Origin: an uncultured delta proteobacterium
Lineage (GTDB): Bacteria; Myxococcota_A; Polyangia; Polyangiales; Polyangiaceae
Length of the DNA stretch: 64,000 nucleotides
Assembly: GCA_963782055.1 (NCBI GenBank)
Contig: CAWAIF010000002.1
Coordinates: forward strand, 224,001 to 288,000
Reading direction: 5' to 3'
Part shown: piece by piece, positions 20,410 to 29,034 of the stretch
Layout: each line of letters starts with the position of its first letter
How positions within the stretch are numbered: the first letter of the stretch is position 1
Position numbers and translations under genes: made by a program
Notes under the pieces: model-generated
Told to the model about the DNA's origin: nothing
Databases searched by the model: none
The model's input: only the letters and a program-made list of their open reading frames with translations

Positions 20410-21255
20410 ATGCGCCCTCGCGATGTGCTCACCGGCATCCAGTCGTTCGCCGCGCGGACGCCCACGCTGCCGCCGGCGACGCACACCAACAGCTACGCGC
20501 TCGGCGCCCGGGACGTGCTGCTCGTCGAGCCGGCCACCCCGTACGCCGACGAGCAGCGGGCGTGGATCGAGTGGGCGCGGGCCCTGCCCTCGAGCGGCCG
20601 GCGGCCGGTGGCCATCGTGCTCACGCACCACCACGTGGACCACGTGGGCGGCGCGGAGAAGCTCGCGGTGGAGCTGGGCCTGCCGGTGTGGGCCCACGCG
20701 GAGACGCACACGCGGTTGCCGGAGGAGGTGCGCGTGGCGAGGGAGCTCCACGAGGGCGAGGCGCTGGTGCTGGAGGGGCCGGAGCCAGAGCGCTGGGAGG
20801 TGCTGCACACGCCGGGGCACGCCCCCGGGCACATTTGCTTGTACAATGCACAGGATCGCGCGCTCGTGGTGGGGGACATGGTCGCCAGCGTGGGGACGAT
20901 CCTGATCGCCCCGGGCGACGGTGACATGGCGGTGTACCTGGCGCAGCTGGAGCGGCTGGAGGCGCTCGGCGCGCGGGTGGCGCTGCCCGCGCACGGCGAC
21001 CCGATCGACGAGCCGTCGGGCGTGTTCCGCAAGTACGTGGCGCACCGGCTGATGCGGGAGGACAAGGTGCTCGCGGCGGTGAAGAAGGCCGGGGAGGCGA
21101 CGCTGGACGCGCTGGTGCCGGAGGCCTACGACGACACGCCCCCGCACGTGTGGCCCATCGCGATGCTGAGCCTTCAGGCGCACCTGCACAAGCTGGTGGC
21201 GGAGGGGCGCGTCAGCGAGCGGGAGGGGCGGTTCAGGGCAGCCGGCCCGGGGTGA
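20410..21255 (+). CDS. MBL-fold metallo-hydrolase (LACTB2-like)
   Basis: TNSY, THHHVDHVGG, HTPGHAPGH, GD, PAHG, C-terminal AHLHKL winged helix; ATG 20410. Confidence 0.9.
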   Translation: MRPRDVLTGIQSFAARTPTLPPATHTNSYALGARDVLLVEPATPYADEQRAWIEWARALPSSGRRPVAIVLTHHHVDHVGGAEKLAVELGLPVWAHAETHTRLPEEVRVARELHEGEALVLEGPEPERWEVLHTPGHAPGHICLYNAQDRALVVGDMVASVGTILIAPGDGDMAVYLAQLERLEALGARVALPAHGDPIDEPSGVFRKYVAHRLMREDKVLAAVKKAGEATLDALVPEAYDDTPPHVWPIAMLSLQAHLHKLVAEGRVSEREGRFRAAGPG

Positions 21256-21268
21256 TATGCTCGCGAGG

Positions 21269-21484
21269 ATGTGGGAGCGGGCGTTCCTTGCGACGAGCGT
21301 GGCGGTGGGGGAGCCGCTGGAGGCTGCGCTCGCCGCGCTGGGCGAGGGCGGGGTGAAGCAGGCGGCGGCGCTGGCGGCGGCGCTGGGCAATCCGAGCCGC
21401 GAGGTGCGGGCGAGGGGCATGGCGAAGGAGCTGGCGGTGGTCGTGGCGGAGCTGGAGCGCGCGGAGCTGACGTGGCGCGCGTGA
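21269..21484 (+). CDS. Small hypothetical helical protein
   Basis: GC3-rich ORF; TGA-TATGCT extended -10 lies 7 nt before ATG 21269 (alternative start 21257); overlaps next gene. Confidence 0.55.
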   Translation: MWERAFLATSVAVGEPLEAALAALGEGGVKQAAALAAALGNPSREVRARGMAKELAVVVAELERAELTWRA

Positions 21485-22116
21485 CGCGCGGGCGGGTGAT
21501 CCGCGGCGAGGCGCCCCTGCCGCGGCCGCAGCCATCGGTCGCGCCCGCCACGCGGCAGCGCATCGCGCGGGAGGAGATGGAGGCGCGCGAGGCGGCCTCG
21601 CGCATCCTGGCGGAGGCGAGCGCGGAGGCGGAGCGCATCGTGGCGGAGGCGAAGGGCAAGGCGGAGGGCGCGGTGGCCGCGGCGGTCGCCGAGGCAGAGG
21701 CGCGCGAGCAGGCGAAGCTCGCGGCGACGTACCTCGCCCTGCGCGGGCGGGAGGAGCAGCAGGCGGAGGCGGACCTCGCGCGCGCGGTGGAGCTGGCGAG
21801 GGTGCTGGCCGAGCGCATGATCGGCGAGGCGATCCAGCTCGACGGCGCGGTGGTGACCCGGCTGGCGCGGCAGGCGCTGGGGGAGGCGCGGGGCGCGCGC
21901 ACGGTGCGCATCGAGGCGCACCCCCAGGACGCGGCGGCGCTCCAGGCCACGACGAGCTTGCTCCCGGCCGAGCTGGGCGTCACCATCGTCCACTCGACTT
22001 CGCTTGCGCGCGGCTCCCTCAGGCTGCACACCGATCTCGGAACCCTCGATGCCCAGCTCCGACCCCAGCTCGAGCGCCTCGCAAGAGCCCTACAGGACGT
22101 CCTCCGAAGCGCCTGA
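21472..22116 (+). CDS. FliH/SctL(YscL/HrpE)-like ATPase stator protein
   Basis: N-terminal AxxxA helix (EAASRILAEASAEAERIVAEA), VRIEAHPQD, LARGSLRLHTDLGTLDA..QLERL. Confidence 0.75.
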   Translation: MARVTRGRVIRGEAPLPRPQPSVAPATRQRIAREEMEAREAASRILAEASAEAERIVAEAKGKAEGAVAAAVAEAEAREQAKLAATYLALRGREEQQAEADLARAVELARVLAERMIGEAIQLDGAVVTRLARQALGEARGARTVRIEAHPQDAAALQATTSLLPAELGVTIVHSTSLARGSLRLHTDLGTLDAQLRPQLERLARALQDVLRSA

Positions 22117-23245
22117 CGAGGCGGCGCTTCCGCCGGTGCGCTGGCGGCTCAACGCGCTGCTCTTCCTGCTGACGGTGCTCAGCGTCTTCGGCACCGGCCT
22201 CCTGCTGGAGGACGGCTCGCTCAAGACCCGGGCCCCGTGGATCCACTCCGCGCAGTTCACCGGGGCGCTGCTCGGCATCCTCGTGGTCCACGAGTTCGGG
22301 CACTACGTGGCCACGCGCATCCACAAGGTGGAGGCGTCGCTGCCCTACTTCATCCCGCTGCCCGGCCTGGGCTTCGGCACGATGGGCGCGGTGATCCGGA
22401 TGCGCGGCCGCATCCCGACACGCAAGGCGTTGCTGGACATCGGGGCGTCCGGGCCGCTCGCCGGGCTGGCGGTGGCGATCCCGCTGTACGCCTGGGGCGT
22501 CGCGCACTCGCACCTCGTCGCGTCGAGCGGGGTCACCAGCGGGGAGCTGGGCGAGTCCCTCCTGATGCGCCTGCTCGACCACCTCTTCGCCGGCCCGCAG
22601 CCGGCGGGGCAGGAGCTGCTCCTTCACCCGGTCGCCTTCGGCGCGTGGGCGGGGATGCTCGTCACCATGCTCAACCTCCTGCCGGTGAGCCAGCTGGACG
22701 GCGGGCACGTCGCCTACGCCCTCTTCGGCCCGCGGCAGGATCGCTTCGCCGTCACCATCCACCGGGCGGTGCTCGCCTTCTTCTTCGTCAGCTTCGCCGG
22801 CTACACCATGCGCGATCTGCGCGCCGGACTGGGTTTTGTGCACCTCGGGCACAACGTCGGCAACTCCCTCTTCTGGCTGGCGTGGTTCGAGATCCTGGCG
22901 GTGCTCGGCACGCTGTCGACGCGCGCGCAGCTCCCGCCGGGGGAGCGGGACGAGCCGGAGCCGGGCACGCTCACCATCCGCACCCGCGCCATCGCCCTCG
23001 TCCTGCTCATCGGCTTCGCCGCGTTCATGGAGGACTCCCCGCGCGTCCTGCCGTGGGTCGCGTGGTTCGTGGGGCTGGGGCTGCTGATCGCGATGGAGGT
23101 GCGCGGCGGCGTGCTCCGCCGCCACTCCCTGCTGGATCACCCGCCGACGGGCAGCGCCAAGCTGGACCCGGTCCGCGCCGGCGTGGCCATCTTCAGCCTG
23201 GTGATGTTCGTGCTGCTCTTCATGCCCACGCCCATCCAGATGTGA
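22049..23245 (+). CDS. Site-2 protease (M50 intramembrane Zn metalloprotease)
   Basis: HEFGH, PYFIP, GTMGAVI, GPLAG, NLLPVSQLDGGH; start uncertain (ATG 22049 or GTG 22136). Confidence 0.92.
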   Translation: MPSSDPSSSASQEPYRTSSEAPDEAALPPVRWRLNALLFLLTVLSVFGTGLLLEDGSLKTRAPWIHSAQFTGALLGILVVHEFGHYVATRIHKVEASLPYFIPLPGLGFGTMGAVIRMRGRIPTRKALLDIGASGPLAGLAVAIPLYAWGVAHSHLVASSGVTSGELGESLLMRLLDHLFAGPQPAGQELLLHPVAFGAWAGMLVTMLNLLPVSQLDGGHVAYALFGPRQDRFAVTIHRAVLAFFFVSFAGYTMRDLRAGLGFVHLGHNVGNSLFWLAWFEILAVLGTLSTRAQLPPGERDEPEPGTLTIRTRAIALVLLIGFAAFMEDSPRVLPWVAWFVGLGLLIAMEVRGGVLRRHSLLDHPPTGSAKLDPVRAGVAIFSLVMFVLLFMPTPIQM

Positions 23246-23257
23246 CCCCTCGTCTCG

Positions 23258-23299
23258 CTCCCCCTCTCCACTTCGTGGAGAGGGGGCTGGGGGGTGAGG
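23258..23299 (-). repeat. Palindromic REP-like element, copy B, at a convergent gene junction
   Basis: Perfect 12-bp stem CCCCCTCTCCAC-TTC-GTGGAGAGGGGG (23260-23286) plus CTGGGGGGTGAGG; starts directly after the purS TGA on the minus strand. Confidence 0.85.
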
Positions 23300-23542
23300 T
23301 CAGACCTGGACCTCGTAGTCCTCGATCACCGGGTTCGCGAGCATCTCGTCCGCCATCTTCGCCAGGCGGGCCTCGAGGTCGCCCTTCGCGTGGGCCTCGT
23401 CGATCTCGATCTCGATGATCTTGCCGACGCGCACGCCCTTCAGGCCCTCGAAGCCGAGCTTCTCCAGCGCCTTGCGCACGGCGTCGCCCTGCGGGTCGAG
23501 CACCTCCGGCTTGAGCCGGACCACCACGGTCGCCTTGGCCAT
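23300..23542 (-). CDS. purS: FGAM synthase subunit PurS
   Basis: 80 aa: LKPEVLDPQG, VRVGK, LANPVIEDY. Confidence 0.95.
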   Translation of the reverse strand: MAKATVVVRLKPEVLDPQGDAVRKALEKLGFEGLKGVRVGKIIEIEIDEAHAKGDLEARLAKMADEMLANPVIEDYEVQV

Positions 23543-23547
23543 GTCCC

Positions 23548-24513
23548 TCACTCCTCGATGTGCAGGTTCTTCTCGATGCGCGCGATGGGCGGCTGGATGT
23601 CGGGCACGAAGGTGGTGCCGGTGATGCGCTCGTAGGCCTCCATGTAGCGGAGGGCCGCGCCCACGCGCACCTCGTCGGGCAGGGGCGGCGGCGGGCCGTC
23701 GCCCCGGTAGCCGATGCCGACGTAGTGCCGCCGCACGAAGTCCTTGTCCAGCGGCTCGGGGTCCTTGCCCGCGGCGAAGCGCGCCTCGTAGGTGTCGGCC
23801 ATCCAGTAGCGCGAGGAGTCCGGCGTGTGGATCTCGTCGATGACGAGCATCCGGCCGTCGGCGGTCTTGCCGAACTCGTACTTGGTGTCGACAAGGATGA
23901 GGCCGCGCTCCGCGCACGCGGCCTGGCCGGCGGCGAAGAGCTTCTTCGCCAGCGCCGCCGCGGCGTCGAAGTCCTCGCTGGTCACGTTGCCGGTGGCGAT
24001 CATGTCCTCGCGCGAGCCGCTGATGTCGTGCTGCCCCTTCGGCGCCTTGGTGGCGGGGGTGAGGATGGGCGCGGGGAGGCGCTGGTTCTTCTTCATCCCC
24101 TCCGGCAGGGGGTGGCCGCAGAAGAGGCGGGAGCCCTTCTCGTAGTGCGTCCAGATGCTGGTGGAGGTGGTGCCCGTCAGGTACGAGCGCATCACCATCT
24201 CCACCAGGAGCGGCGTGCACTCCACGCACTCGAGCACGTTGGGGTCCGGCTTGGAGAGCATGTGGTTGGGGACGACGTCGCGCGTCTTCTCGAACCAGTG
24301 GGCCGCCAGGCCGTTGAGCACCTGACCCTTGAAGGGGATGGTGCCCAGCACGTGGTCGAAGGCGCTGATGCGATCGGTCACCACGATGAGGCGCTTGCCG
24401 CCGCGGGAGTAGTTGTCGCGGACCTTGCCCTCGTAGCGCGCGCCCAGGGTGCGGAAGTCGGTGCCGTCCAGCGTGTTCGAGAGGTTCTCGCGGATGAGGG
24501 ACTCTTGCACCAT
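23548..24513 (-). CDS. purC: SAICAR synthase
   Basis: [49 protein letters not shown]. Confidence 0.95.
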   Translation of the reverse strand: MVQESLIRENLSNTLDGTDFRTLGARYEGKVRDNYSRGGKRLIVVTDRISAFDHVLGTIPFKGQVLNGLAAHWFEKTRDVVPNHMLSKPDPNVLECVECTPLLVEMVMRSYLTGTTSTSIWTHYEKGSRLFCGHPLPEGMKKNQRLPAPILTPATKAPKGQHDISGSREDMIATGNVTSEDFDAAAALAKKLFAAGQAACAERGLILVDTKYEFGKTADGRMLVIDEIHTPDSSRYWMADTYEARFAAGKDPEPLDKDFVRRHYVGIGYRGDGPPPPLPDEVRVGAALRYMEAYERITGTTFVPDIQPPIARIEKNLHIEE

Positions 24514-24545
24514 GGCGCCGGCAATGTAGCACGCACCGGCGCGGC

Positions 24546-25493
24546 TCAGGCCACGGCGAGGACGTGCATGGACACCTGGTGGCCGGGGTCGAAGAGCACC
24601 TGCTCCGAGCGCAGGCCCGCCCTGGTGGCCATGGCGACGAAGCGCTCCGGTGACCACTTGTAGCAGTGCTCGGTGACGATGGGCTCGCCCGGCGCGAAAG
24701 TGAAGGTGTGATCCGCCACCGTCACACGCTCCGGATGGCGGCTGACGAGCTGCATCTCGATGCGGCTGGGGTCCGGCTGCCACTCGGCGCGGTGGGCGAA
24801 GTGCGCCAGCTCGAAGTCGCCGCCCGCCTCGCGGTTGATGCGATCGAGCAGGTTGCGGTTGAAGCGCGCCGTCGCCCCGGCCGGGTCGTCGTAGGCGCGC
24901 TCCAGCGTCTCGCGGTCCTTCGGTACGTCCACGCCGACGATGACGTGGCCGCCGGCGCCGGCGACGCTCGCGGTGCGCCGGAGCAGGGCGACGGCCTCGC
25001 CCGGCTCGAAGTTGCCGATGCTCGACCCCGGGAAGAAGACGACCGTCCGCCCGCCCTCCGGCGCGACGTGGCCGAGGTCCGGCAGCGGCCGGGAGTAGTC
25101 CAGCACCAGCGGCGTCACCTCCAGCCGCGGGTAGCGGGCGCGGAGCTCCTGCGCGGTGTCCTCCAGGTGACGCGCGGAGATGTCCACCGGCACGTAGCGC
25201 GCGAGGGAGGTCGCCCGATCGAGCACCAGCCGCGTCTTGTGGCTGCTGCCGCTGCCCAGCTCGACGAGCGTCGCCCCGGGGCCGATGACGTCGACCAGGG
25301 CGCCGACGTGCTCCTCCAGCAGCGACGTCTCCGCGCCTGTCAGGTAGTACTCCGGCTGGCGGCAGATCTCGTCGAAGAGGAGCGAGCCCTTCTTGTCGTA
25401 GAAGTACTTGCAGGGCAGCGTCTTCGGGGAGGACGCGAGACCTGCGAGGACGTCGAGGGCGAGCTGGCGCGTGTGCGGCGCTTCGAGCGTCAC
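24546..25493 (-). CDS. egtD: L-histidine N-alpha-methyltransferase
   Basis: [61 protein letters not shown] coupling to egtB. Confidence 0.93.
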   Translation of the reverse strand: MTLEAPHTRQLALDVLAGLASSPKTLPCKYFYDKKGSLLFDEICRQPEYYLTGAETSLLEEHVGALVDVIGPGATLVELGSGSSHKTRLVLDRATSLARYVPVDISARHLEDTAQELRARYPRLEVTPLVLDYSRPLPDLGHVAPEGGRTVVFFPGSSIGNFEPGEAVALLRRTASVAGAGGHVIVGVDVPKDRETLERAYDDPAGATARFNRNLLDRINREAGGDFELAHFAHRAEWQPDPSRIEMQLVSRHPERVTVADHTFTFAPGEPIVTEHCYKWSPERFVAMATRAGLRSEQVLFDPGHQVSMHVLAVA

Positions 25494-26737
25494 GTCCACC
25501 TCGCGAGGCGCACTCCCGTCATCTGCCAGCGGGTGTCCGGGGGGAAGAAGTTGCGGTAGCTCGCGCGGAGGTGATCCCTCGGTGAGAAGCACGACCCACC
25601 GCGGAGGACGAGCTGGTTGCACATGAACTTCCCATTGTACTCACCGAGCGCGCCATCGAAAGGGCGGAAGCGCGGGTAGGGCACGTAGGGGCTGGCGGTC
25701 CACTGCCAGGCGTCGCCGAACATCTGCCCGAGGCCCGCGGCAGGCGTGGCGCGCGCGGGATGGAAGCGCTCGCTCTCGACGAAGGTCCCCTCGACCGGGA
25801 GCGACGACGCGGCGAGCTCCCACTCGGCCTCCGTGGGGAGGCGCGCGCCCGACCACCGCGCGAAGGCGTCGGCCTCGTAGTAGCTGACGTGACAGACGGG
25901 GAGGTCGGGGTCGAGCGGCTCGAGACCGCGCATGGTCCAGAGGGAGGCGGCGCCAGCATCCCAGTAGAGCGGCGCGCGCCAGCCGTGCCGCCTGCACGCG
26001 TCCCAGCCGTCGGAGAGCCAGTGCGCAGGCTCCTCGTAGCCGCCGGCCTTCATGAAGGCGAGCCACTCGCCCTGCGTGACGAGGCGCGCGCCGAGCTCGA
26101 AGGGCTCCAGCCAGACCTTGTGCCGCGGCGTCTCGTTGTCGAAGGCAAACCCATCGCCAGCATGCCCGATCTCCACCAGGCCCCCCTGCAGCTTCACCAT
26201 CTCTTCCCCGCCTCTCCACGCCGTGGTGAGGGGGTCGGGGGGCGAGGAGGCGGTGAGGTACGCCACCCTCTGCGGGGCGAGGACGAGCGCGACGTCGGTG
26301 AGGAGGAGCTCCTGGTGTTGCTGCTCGTGGTGCATGCCGAGTTGGAGGATGGATGCCGCGCGCGGCTGCGCCGTTGCGAGCGCGGGCAGGCGCTCGGTCA
26401 CCTCGGCGTCGATGGCGGCGCGGTAGCGATGCACCTCCTCCAAAGACGGGCGCGTCAGCAGGGAGCGATCCCCGCGGGCTTGCCGCTCGCCGACGGCCTC
26501 GTAGTACGAGTTGAACACCCAGTCGAAGTGCGCGTCGTACGCGCGGCGGCCGTCGACCAGCGCCTCCAGCAGCATCTTCTCGAAGAACCAGGTGGTGTGC
26601 CCGAGGTGCCACTTGGTGGGGCTCGCCTCCGGCATGGCCTGCGCGAACTGGTCGTCGCGGGTGAGCCGAGCGGCGAGCGCGACGGTGCGCGCGCGGACGT
26701 CTCGGAAGCCTCGAAGGAGCGCGCCGAGATCTGCCAT
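25490..26737 (-). CDS. egtB: Ergothioneine biosynthesis sulfoxide synthase
   Basis: [29 protein letters not shown] (Fe ligands), [28 protein letters not shown]; followed by egtD. Confidence 0.93.
   Translation of the reverse strand: MADLGALLRGFRDVRARTVALAARLTRDDQFAQAMPEASPTKWHLGHTTWFFEKMLLEALVDGRRAYDAHFDWVFNSYYEAVGERQARGDRSLLTRPSLEEVHRYRAAIDAEVTERLPALATAQPRAASILQLGMHHEQQHQELLLTDVALVLAPQRVAYLTASSPPDPLTTAWRGGEEMVKLQGGLVEIGHAGDGFAFDNETPRHKVWLEPFELGARLVTQGEWLAFMKAGGYEEPAHWLSDGWDACRRHGWRAPLYWDAGAASLWTMRGLEPLDPDLPVCHVSYYEADAFARWSGARLPTEAEWELAASSLPVEGTFVESERFHPARATPAAGLGQMFGDAWQWTASPYVPYPRFRPFDGALGEYNGKFMCNQLVLRGGSCFSPRDHLRASYRNFFPPDTRWQMTGVRLARWT
26201..26247 (-). repeat. Palindromic REP-like element, copy C, in-frame inside egtB
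   Basis: Plus strand CCTCTCCAC-GCC-GTGGTGAGG-GGGTCGGGGGGCGAGG aligns to copy B; encodes [15 protein letters not shown]. Confidence 0.7.
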
Positions 26738-26775
26738 CACCGCATCCGCACCATCCGTGGCACGATAAGCCGCGC

Positions 26776-28173
26776 ATGGCGCCGCCGCAACGACTCACGC
26801 TCGCCGACGTGCGCTGGCACGGCCCCCAGCTCACGATGCGCTTCGAGCTGGGGGCGCACCCCTTCGACACCACGGTCTGGTACGGCGACGTGGATCTGGA
26901 CGCGCTGGAGCGGCGCCTCGGGACCGAGGCGATGGAGTGCCTGGTCTTGCACCTGGCCGCCTTCGAGATCAACAAGCTGTGCAGCCTGCGGCCGGAGGAG
27001 ATCCACTTCGGGCGCTTCGGGCGGTTCGTGTCGCCGCGCTTCGTGGAGACGTGGACGCGGGTGCTGGTGAAGGTGTGGGCGCAGTGGCGCTACGAGCACG
27101 ATCTGCCGCACTGGAGGGGGCCGCGCGTCGTGCAGGAGGCGACGGGGAAGAGCGTCCCTGCGGCGCTCCCGGCGCAGCGGGAGGGGGAGTCGCTCCTCTT
27201 CTTCGGCGGGGGCAAGGACAGCCTGGTGGCCGCATCCCTCCTGGACGGGGCGGGCGTGCCGTGGGCGAGCCACTCCTATGCGCACTCGGCGTACGGGCCG
27301 CCGGAGCCGCAGCTCCGGTACGCCGGCGCGCTGCTCGACACGCTCGGCCCGAGGCGCCGGCACGCGCAGTGGATCGCCGACAGCGCCTTCGCCGCGCCGC
27401 TGACGCGCCTCTTGCCCGAGCGCGGGGCGAAGAGCTTCACCGCCGCCGAGACGCCCAGCTCGGTCTTCGAGGCGCTGCCCCTCGCCCTGACGCACGGCTA
27501 CGCGCGCGTGGTCCTGGCGCACGAGCACAGCGCCAACCGCGGCAACCTGATCTGGGAGGCGACGGGGGAGGACGTCAACCACCAGTGGGGCAAGTCGTGG
27601 GAGGCGGAGCGCCTGCTCGCCAGCTACATCGAGGAGGAGCTGGTGCCGGGCTTCCGGTGGTTCAGCGTGCTGCAGCCGCTCTCCGACGTGCTCATCTTCG
27701 AGCTGCTGCGCGACACCGGCGAGGCGGTGCTGGGCACGCACTCGTGCAACGTGCAAAAGCCGTGGTGCTACCGCTGCGCCAAGTGCGCGTACGTGGCGCT
27801 GGGGTACGCCGCGCACCTCCAGGACGGCATCTACGAGCGCGTCTTTCGCGAGGACGTGCTGGACCTGCCGGAGAACGAGGGCTGGTTCCGGGGGCTCATG
27901 GGCCTGGGGGAGCACACGCCCTTCGAGTGCGTGGGGGAGGTGGGCGAGACGCGGCTGGCGCTGGCGCTCTGCGCGGCGCGCGGGCGGCGATCGCGGGCGG
28001 TGCGGATCTTCCAGGAGGAGGTCGGCGCGGTGAACGTGGAGGAGGTGCTCGCCCGGTACGGTGTGGTGCACGAGCCGCACGGGATCCCGCCGGAGATGGC
28101 GGGGGCGATCTTGCCGCGGATGCGGGAGGCGGCGCGGACGGCGCGGGAGCGGATCGTCGGGTTGTTGGGGTAG
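26776..28173 (+). CDS. MurL-like PP-loop ATP-dependent enzyme (UDP-MurNAc-L-Ala-L-Glu epimerase family)
   Basis: FGGGKDS, HEHSA, VNHQWGKS, HSCN, WCYRCAKC, TPFECVGE: the motif order I recall for MurL. Confidence 0.75.
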   Translation: MAPPQRLTLADVRWHGPQLTMRFELGAHPFDTTVWYGDVDLDALERRLGTEAMECLVLHLAAFEINKLCSLRPEEIHFGRFGRFVSPRFVETWTRVLVKVWAQWRYEHDLPHWRGPRVVQEATGKSVPAALPAQREGESLLFFGGGKDSLVAASLLDGAGVPWASHSYAHSAYGPPEPQLRYAGALLDTLGPRRRHAQWIADSAFAAPLTRLLPERGAKSFTAAETPSSVFEALPLALTHGYARVVLAHEHSANRGNLIWEATGEDVNHQWGKSWEAERLLASYIEEELVPGFRWFSVLQPLSDVLIFELLRDTGEAVLGTHSCNVQKPWCYRCAKCAYVALGYAAHLQDGIYERVFREDVLDLPENEGWFRGLMGLGEHTPFECVGEVGETRLALALCAARGRRSRAVRIFQEEVGAVNVEEVLARYGVVHEPHGIPPEMAGAILPRMREAARTARERIVGLLG

Positions 28174-28361
28174 AGGGGCCCCTCCTCGCGCCATGCTCGG
28201 GCTCGTGCTCGCCTTCGCGCGCGCCGTCGATGTGTGCATCACGCGACGCCCTGACCTCTGCGCCCCACGCGTCAGATCGGGGCGCGCCTCGCGTCGGTGC
28301 GCGCTTCCGAGCGACGTGCTCTTCGCGCGCGAGGCTCGGCTCGCGCGAGAGGGATCCTCCG

Positions 28362-29003
28362 ATGAAGAACCGCTGGCCGCGCCTGGCCGCCCTCTACGAC
28401 GCGATCTGTCGCGACGCGACGCGCCTGAAGGAGTGGGCGCTGCGCGGGCCGGACCCGCTGGCGGAGTGGCTCGAGAAGCCGCGGTTCTTGATCGTCGAGT
28501 CGCTCGACGGCGGGGGGTACGAGGCGCGCGTCCAGTTCGATCGCGTCGTGGCCGTCATCGCGTCCGTGGTCGGCGCCGTCTGGCTGGCCGCCACGGTCGG
28601 CGTGGTTGCGGCGGCGGTGCGGCGCGGCGAGTGGATGCTGCTGCTCCTCGCCGGGCCTCACGGGTTCACGGGCTCGCAGATCGCCCATCGGGCTGCCACC
28701 GGCCTCGTCAACCAGGTCCACGTTCGCATGGGCGCAGGCCGGCTCAGGCTGGAGAGCAAGCCGCTGCCGCACGGCAGGCACATCGACTGCGCCCTCCACG
28801 AGGTCTCCTGCTTCTTCGCTCGCGCGGAGCGGTCGGGGCGCACGTCGAGGTGGTGCCTCTTCGTCGAGCGGACGGACGGAACCTCGCGCAGGTTCGACGC
28901 CCCGGTGTACGACGACAGGTGGGTCGGCGCAGCGGTCGAGGCGTTCAACCAGGCGCTGGCGGCGGTCAGGATCGCGTCGCGGGCCACGCCGTACCGGGAG
29001 TGA
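28362..29003 (+). CDS. Hypothetical membrane protein
   Basis: GAGGGA RBS, ATG 28362, hydrophobic segment(s), beta-rich C-domain ending PYRE. Confidence 0.55.
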   Translation: MKNRWPRLAALYDAICRDATRLKEWALRGPDPLAEWLEKPRFLIVESLDGGGYEARVQFDRVVAVIASVVGAVWLAATVGVVAAAVRRGEWMLLLLAGPHGFTGSQIAHRAATGLVNQVHVRMGAGRLRLESKPLPHGRHIDCALHEVSCFFARAERSGRTSRWCLFVERTDGTSRRFDAPVYDDRWVGAAVEAFNQALAAVRIASRATPYRE

Positions 29004-29034
29004 GGGCCACGGCAGGTGAGGCGCGCGGCGTCCG

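Noticed and set aside
17516..21255. ORF-track 'fusions' 17516-20377 and 18997-21255
   Set aside because: The upstream extensions are shadow frames of the thiolase; the real genes start near 19069 (kinase) and 20410 (MBL hydrolase).
20354..26247. Palindromic repeats as a CRISPR array
   Set aside because: Copies are kilobases apart, in both orientations, with no regular spacers and no cas genes.
25490..26737. SenA (selenoneine) or OvoA instead of EgtB
   Set aside because: No senB/selD neighbours and no C-terminal methyltransferase domain; the gene is coupled to egtD.
26758..26773. TGGCACGATAAGCCGC as a sigma-54 promoter for the MurL-like gene
   Set aside because: GC is not at the -12 position and the start codon would precede the implied transcription start.
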